Shown here: positions 23,300 to 27,337 of the stretch, piece by piece
How the letters are laid out: each line of letters starts with the position of its first letter
How positions within the stretch are numbered: the first letter of the stretch is position 1
DNA from: Chthonomonas calidirosea
GTDB taxonomy: Bacteria; Armatimonadota; Fimbriimonadia; Fimbriimonadales; Fimbriimonadaceae
Direction of reading: 5' to 3'
Assembly: GCA_945859975.1 (NCBI GenBank)
Contig: CAMAPH010000039.1
Span: 1 to 27,337, forward strand
Length of the DNA stretch: 27,337 bases
Position numbers and translations under genes: made by a program
Notes under the pieces: model-generated
The model's database searches: none
What the model saw: the letters and a program-made list of their open reading frames with translations, nothing else
Told to the model about the DNA's origin: nothing

Positions 23300-24222
23300 G
23301 TGGTGAGGCCCCATCGAATGGGGTCTTCGCCGTCGAAGATGAGGGTGGATTCGGCGGTGACGTGGGCGCGGCCAGTGATGGTGGGGATGACGCCGCTTTC
23401 GGTTGGGGTCACGGTTCCGGTGAAGACGCTGCCGGTGACGCTTTCTTGGCGGTATGGGGTGGCTTCGGCGAGTTTTCCAGCGGCGTGGAGCGTGGCCATT
23501 TTCGCACTGGTGCCGGTACCACAGGGGCTGCGGTCATAGGCTCCGCCGGGGCAGAGGACGAAGTTTTTCGAGTCGGCGATCTCGGATGGTCCGGTGAGTT
23601 CGACGTGGTCGATCTCGGCGCCTTCGGCTCCGGTGATGCCTTGGCGGTGCAGCTCGTCGCGGATTTTCAGCGTGAGGTCGGTGAAATGTCTCGTGTGGGA
23701 AAGAGCGATTTCGAACTCCGGGGAGTGCACGACATAGAACCAGTTTCCGCCGTAGGCGACATCGCCATGGTAGGTGACGCCGTCGACTTCGACGGAGACA
23801 TCGGCAAGGTGGCGGTAGCTGCGGATGTTGGTGAGGGTGACTTCGCCGTTTTCGGCAACGGTGATGGAAATCTGGCCGACCGGGGTATCGAGTTTTAGAT
23901 CGCCGGAGCCGATGTGGCCGAGGTGGCGGAGGGTTTCGACCACGCCGATGGTGCCGTGGCCGCACATGCCGAGGTAGCCGGCGTTGTTGAAGAAGATGAC
24001 TCCGGCGTAGCTTCCGGGTTCAACCGGGGCGGTGAGGAGTGCGCCGACGATGACCTCCGACCCGCGCGGTTCGTTGACGATGCCAGATCGGAAGTTATCG
24101 AAGCGATTGCGAAAGTCATCTCGCCGCTCGGCCATGGTGCGGCCGAGCAACGGGAGTTGTCCGGCGAGGACGACGCGGGTGGGCTCGCCGCCGGTGTGGC
24201 AATCGATGACGTTGAGCTTCAT
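23296..24222 (-). CDS. 4-hydroxyproline 2-epimerase (proline racemase family)
   Basis: 'IDCHTGGEPTR', 'EPRG', 'FFNNAGYLGMCGHGTIG', 'GGNWF' and 'DRSPCGTGTSA'; both catalytic cysteines are present. Confidence 0.92.
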   Translation of the reverse strand: MKLNVIDCHTGGEPTRVVLAGQLPLLGRTMAERRDDFRNRFDNFRSGIVNEPRGSEVIVGALLTAPVEPGSYAGVIFFNNAGYLGMCGHGTIGVVETLRHLGHIGSGDLKLDTPVGQISITVAENGEVTLTNIRSYRHLADVSVEVDGVTYHGDVAYGGNWFYVVHSPEFEIALSHTRHFTDLTLKIRDELHRQGITGAEGAEIDHVELTGPSEIADSKNFVLCPGGAYDRSPCGTGTSAKMATLHAAGKLAEATPYRQESVTGSVFTGTVTPTESGVIPTITGRAHVTAESTLIFDGEDPIRWGLTT

Positions 24223-25118
24223 CCGAGGTTCGGTCGCTTCTCAATTCCGGTGCGGATGGTGGCGAGGGTTTGCTCGCGCTCGACGCCGGTGAGGGGGAGT
24301 CGGGGGAGGCGGAGATATTCCTTGCCGAGACCGACTTCTTGGATGGCGAGCTTGATCTTTTGGACGAACTTGGTGCCGACGTCGAGGTGGAGGAGCGGGG
24401 TGTACCAGCGGTAGATTTCGCGGGCTTTCTCCCATTCCCCGGCCATCGCGAGGTCCCAGAGTTTTTGGTTTTCGGTTGGGAAGGCGAGGCCGATTCCGGC
24501 GATCCAGCCGGTCGCGCCAAGGAACGCGCACTCGAGGGCGAGGTCGTCTACGCCGGCGAAGAGGACGTAACGGTTGCCGACTTGGTTGATGATGTCGGTG
24601 ATGCGGCGGACGTCGCCGGAGGACTCTTTGATGGCGACGAGGTTGTCGACTTCGGCGAGGACCTCGAACATTTCTGGGGTGACGTCGGCGTGGTAGGCGA
24701 TGGGGTTGTTGTAGACGATGATCGGGAGATCGGTGTTTTCCGCGACGGTTCGGTAGTGGGCGAGGGTTTCGTCTCGGTCGGGCCGGAAGGCCATGGCGGG
24801 CATGAGCATGATGCCGTCGGCGCCAAGGGCTTGGACCGACTGCGTGTAGGCCACGGCGGCAGCGGTGCTGAGTTCGGCGACTCCGCTGAGAACGGGCACG
24901 CGGCCGTTGGAGACTTCAATGGCGGTCTTTAGGACGTCTTGCTTTTCCTGGGTGGTGAGGGTGACGTTCTCGCCGAGGGATCCGAGCATCACGAGGCCGG
25001 AGATTCCGGATTGGATGAGGGTTTCTAGGTGCGCGGCGGTGGCCTCTAGGTTAAGAGAGAGATCTTCGTGGAACTGAGTAGTGACCGCAGGAAAAACGCC
25101 GGACCAAGAGACGTGCAT
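24219..25118 (-). CDS. DapA-family protein, probable 1-pyrroline-4-hydroxy-2-carboxylate deaminase
   Basis: 'WSGVFPAVTTQF', 'GSLGE' (not the DapA GTTGE), 'YNNP', Schiff-base 'AIKESSGD', and 'RWYTPLLHLD...FVQ.IK'. First gene of the hydroxyproline operon. Confidence 0.85.
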   Translation of the reverse strand: MHVSWSGVFPAVTTQFHEDLSLNLEATAAHLETLIQSGISGLVMLGSLGENVTLTTQEKQDVLKTAIEVSNGRVPVLSGVAELSTAAAVAYTQSVQALGADGIMLMPAMAFRPDRDETLAHYRTVAENTDLPIIVYNNPIAYHADVTPEMFEVLAEVDNLVAIKESSGDVRRITDIINQVGNRYVLFAGVDDLALECAFLGATGWIAGIGLAFPTENQKLWDLAMAGEWEKAREIYRWYTPLLHLDVGTKFVQKIKLAIQEVGLGKEYLRLPRLPLTGVEREQTLATIRTGIEKRPNLG

Positions 25119-25240
25119 CGTTCGAGTATCCCATCTTCGAGGAGCTATTGCTGGAAAGGATTGATGGTGCGAATGTTCGGTTTGCAGCGGCTATCGGGAA
25201 AGCGCTTGGCTCTGAAGCGCGGGGCGGCTATGATTTTGGC

Positions 25241-25753
25241 GTGGGAGGTGCAATGCACGAATACACGGTGGAATTCGATCCGGAGGCGATGCTACGGGCG
25301 CAGCGTGCCGCCTTGTGGACGTACAAGAGGGACTGGATTAAGTTTGGGTTTGTGCTCTGGTTTTGGAACTCAGTTCTGGGTGGACTGTGCTGGGCCTTTA
25401 TTTCGAACGAAGTCCGGATTTATTCCATCCAGGCCCTGGTTACGACGCTACTCGTGGGTCTGCTTTTTGCCGTTTCTAGCGTCGTGGACTACATTCTCAA
25501 GATTGCAACAAGAGCAGGCATGAGGGCTCAGGAAGGAACGGTCTGGGATTGCTCGTTTGACGATCTTGCTTGGTCATTTACCAAGCGTGGAGGCTCTACG
25601 TTGACCATTCCGTGGTCCCTGATGACCATTTCATATGAGCACGAGGATGCTTGGCTGGTGAGTTACGAGGAAACGGAGATTTGGATTTTCAGAGGAGCTC
25701 TACGAAAGGCGGGGCTGGAAGCTGAGTTTCGGCAGCGGCTCGGGTCTCCTTAA
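25241..25753 (+). CDS. Hypothetical 2-TM membrane protein with YcxB-like C-terminal domain
   Basis: Two hydrophobic helices followed by '...STLTIPWS....YEHEDAWLV....IWIF'. Start is GTG 25241 (6 nt after TATGAT) or the in-frame ATG 25253 (after GGAGG). Confidence 0.6.
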   Translation: MGGAMHEYTVEFDPEAMLRAQRAALWTYKRDWIKFGFVLWFWNSVLGGLCWAFISNEVRIYSIQALVTTLLVGLLFAVSSVVDYILKIATRAGMRAQEGTVWDCSFDDLAWSFTKRGGSTLTIPWSLMTISYEHEDAWLVSYEETEIWIFRGALRKAGLEAEFRQRLGSP

Positions 25754-25802
25754 AGACAATGAGCATGTTTCCATAAGTGTCCGGTATGGACAACCTAAAT
25801 TC

Positions 25803-25879
25803 TGGTCGGGGCGGCGGGATTCGAACCCACGACCTCATCCACCCCATGGATGCGCGCTACCAAACTGCGCTACGCCCCG
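25803..25879 (-). tRNA. tRNA-Pro (anticodon GGG), CCA encoded
   Basis: Minus strand CGGGGCGTAGCGCAGTTTGGTAGCGCGCATCCATGGGGTGGATGAGGTCGTGGGTTCGAATCCCGCCGCCCCGACCA folds as a cloverleaf, with anticodon arm CATCC-ATGGGGT-GGATG and T-loop TTCGAAT. Confidence 0.97.
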
Positions 25880-25917
25880 ATACGTTTCCTGATCGGAAGA
25901 GTGCAGGATACCCGTGC

Positions 25918-27336
25918 TTAGTTATCCGACCGGAATACGCTGAGGACGTTGGAGTAATCGTCGGTCCAGGCTTTGGTGCCCGCGAAGGTGTCGACCTCGG
26001 ACCACCAGCTCAACTTGCCGGACATTTTGCCTAGGTCCGACTTCTTTCGAACCACGAGCATCCAGTTAGAGGAAGTTTTGCCTTCCAATTCCTCTTCCTT
26101 CGTGATGCCGTCGACTTGACTCCATGCGAGTAGGCCAAGCTCTTTGGCGTTTTGGCCGACCACAGGTTCGAGGTCGAGGTATCGGTTGGAGATGTGGACG
26201 GCGAGAACGCCATCCGGGGTGAGCTTCCTCATGTACATCGCAAACGCCTCTCGGGTGAGGAGGTGGACCGGGATGGCGTCGGAGCTGAAGGCGTCTAGCA
26301 CGATGATTCCGTACTTTCCGTCCGGTTGCTGCGCAAGCGTCAGGCGGGCGTCGCCGAGGACGTAGTCAATCTTCGCCTTGCTTTCCGAAACGTAGGTGAA
26401 TAGCTTCGGATTCGTGGCGATTTCGACGACCTTCGGGTCGATTTCGAAGAAGGTCATGTTCTGGCCCGATTCGCCATAGCTGGCGAGGGAGCCGACGCCG
26501 AGGCCTACGAGGGCGACATTCTCTTTTCGGGTCGGACCGGAGAAGTTTTTGAAGACCTGACCAATAGGGCCAGTGGGGTGGTAGTAGGTCAGCGGCGTCT
26601 TCGAGCCGACGAGGTTTTGCTTTCCGTGAAGGGTGTTCCCGTGGACGTAATATCGACTGGTAGACGATTGAGACACGCGGTGAACGCCGAAGAAGCTGCG
26701 GTCTTGAACGAGGGTCTTTCCGCTGGAAACGGATCCGGCTAGGATGGAAACGGCGAAGAACAGTCCGAGAGAACCGGCCAGCCGGAACGGTCGGTCGCTA
26801 GCGACGAAGCAGAGAACTACCGGCAGCGCAAGCGTGAGTACGGTTCGCGTGGGTCCAAATTGAAGCCGGAGCTGTTGGGCGATAGTGATCGCAACCAGTG
26901 TGATCACGCCGACGCCGCCGATCCAGATGTAATCGAACTGCTCGGCGTATTTTCCTTCCTTGTACGGAACCTTTACTGCAGCCACGGCGAGAAGCGCAAG
27001 CGGATATTCCCAAAGGTTGTTGAAGATTGATGGGGCCAGAAGGCCGTTGAAGGCGCCACCGACGAGGCCGCCGACCGAGACCCAGACATAGAACTCGGTG
27101 AGGTGCTTGGTGCCTGGTCGCTCATCGTAAAGGCGGGAATGGCACATCCAAGCGGCGACAAAGAACGCCGCGAGGTGGATCAGCGCCGAAACAGGCTGAT
27201 GCTCCTCTAGTACGAGCATCACGAACAGCGGACAGATGAGAAGCGGGGCGGCTCGGGACAGGCCGTGGGTGGTGACGAACCGCTTGTTCGTGAAGGCTAA
27301 GTTAAACGTGAAGAGATAAAGCGCGAGGGGAACGAC
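25918..27336 (-). CDS. Membrane-fused spermidine-synthase-like SAM-dependent transferase, 5' end outside the window
   Basis: Frame is open to the window edge ('VVPLALYLFTF...'); multiple TM helices; 'RSFFGVHRV', 'HGNTLHGKQ', 'YYHPTGPIG', 'VGLGVGSLA', 'FEIDP', 'GDAR', 'LDAFSSDAIPVHLLT' and 'WTDDYSN'. Confidence 0.88.
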   Translation of the reverse strand, partial: VVPLALYLFTFNLAFTNKRFVTTHGLSRAAPLLICPLFVMLVLEEHQPVSALIHLAAFFVAAWMCHSRLYDERPGTKHLTEFYVWVSVGGLVGGAFNGLLAPSIFNNLWEYPLALLAVAAVKVPYKEGKYAEQFDYIWIGGVGVITLVAITIAQQLRLQFGPTRTVLTLALPVVLCFVASDRPFRLAGSLGLFFAVSILAGSVSSGKTLVQDRSFFGVHRVSQSSTSRYYVHGNTLHGKQNLVGSKTPLTYYHPTGPIGQVFKNFSGPTRKENVALVGLGVGSLASYGESGQNMTFFEIDPKVVEIATNPKLFTYVSESKAKIDYVLGDARLTLAQQPDGKYGIIVLDAFSSDAIPVHLLTREAFAMYMRKLTPDGVLAVHISNRYLDLEPVVGQNAKELGLLAWSQVDGITKEEELEGKTSSNWMLVVRKKSDLGKMSGKLSWWSEVDTFAGTKAWTDDYSNVLSVFRSDN

Positions 27337-27337
27337 C

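Noticed and set aside
21295..24932. Several long plus-strand ORFs (273, 197, 178, 166 and 220 aa)
   Set aside because: Shadows of the well-supported minus-strand hydroxyproline genes.
24219..25118. Lysine-biosynthetic dapA
   Set aside because: Has GSLGE instead of GTTGE and sits in a hydroxyproline operon.
25777..26034. 85-aa plus-strand ORF
   Set aside because: It is the antisense reading of tRNA-Pro and of the end of the spermidine-synthase-like gene.
10000..27337. G-over-C excess on the plus strand regardless of gene orientation
   Set aside because: Most simply ordinary replication-strand skew; judged from a few hand-counted lines only.
1..27337. CRISPR array, IS element, prophage or riboswitch
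   Set aside because: No spaced repeats, transposase, integrase or phage genes, and no recognisable riboswitch consensus seen by eye; an Rfam scan of 17269-17573 would be the decisive check.

Overview
Bacterial chromosomal window, GC-rich (about 60-68% in hand-counted lines), with no IS, integrase, CRISPR array or rRNA visible. The gene style suggests Armatimonadota, but that is a weak inference. Left to right: 3' end of fabI, a glutamate formimidoyltransferase-like gene, purK and deoB; a soluble TPR-PAS-GAF hybrid histidine kinase; an XRE-cupin regulator followed by a secreted beta-propeller/Ig-like protein; a minus-strand phnD-phnC-phnE-phnE operon ending in a zinc alcohol dehydrogenase, with no C-P cleavage gene; a tandem double-GH29 alpha-L-fucosidase; a low-GC two-gene islet (a small protein ending CPGFWPFC plus a 3-TM membrane protein); a TRIC/UPF0126 membrane protein; a lactonase; a complete four-gene hydroxyproline catabolic operon; a YcxB-like gene; tRNA-Pro(GGG); and the 3' part of a membrane-fused spermidine-synthase-like gene. 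The best candidates for undescribed biology are the low-GC CPxxWPFC + 3-TM cassette (17574-18446), the phosphonate-type ABC transporter with its dehydrogenase, the GH29-GH29 fusion and the XRE/propeller module with its palindromic site. All calls come from motif recognition by eye; no database searches were run.
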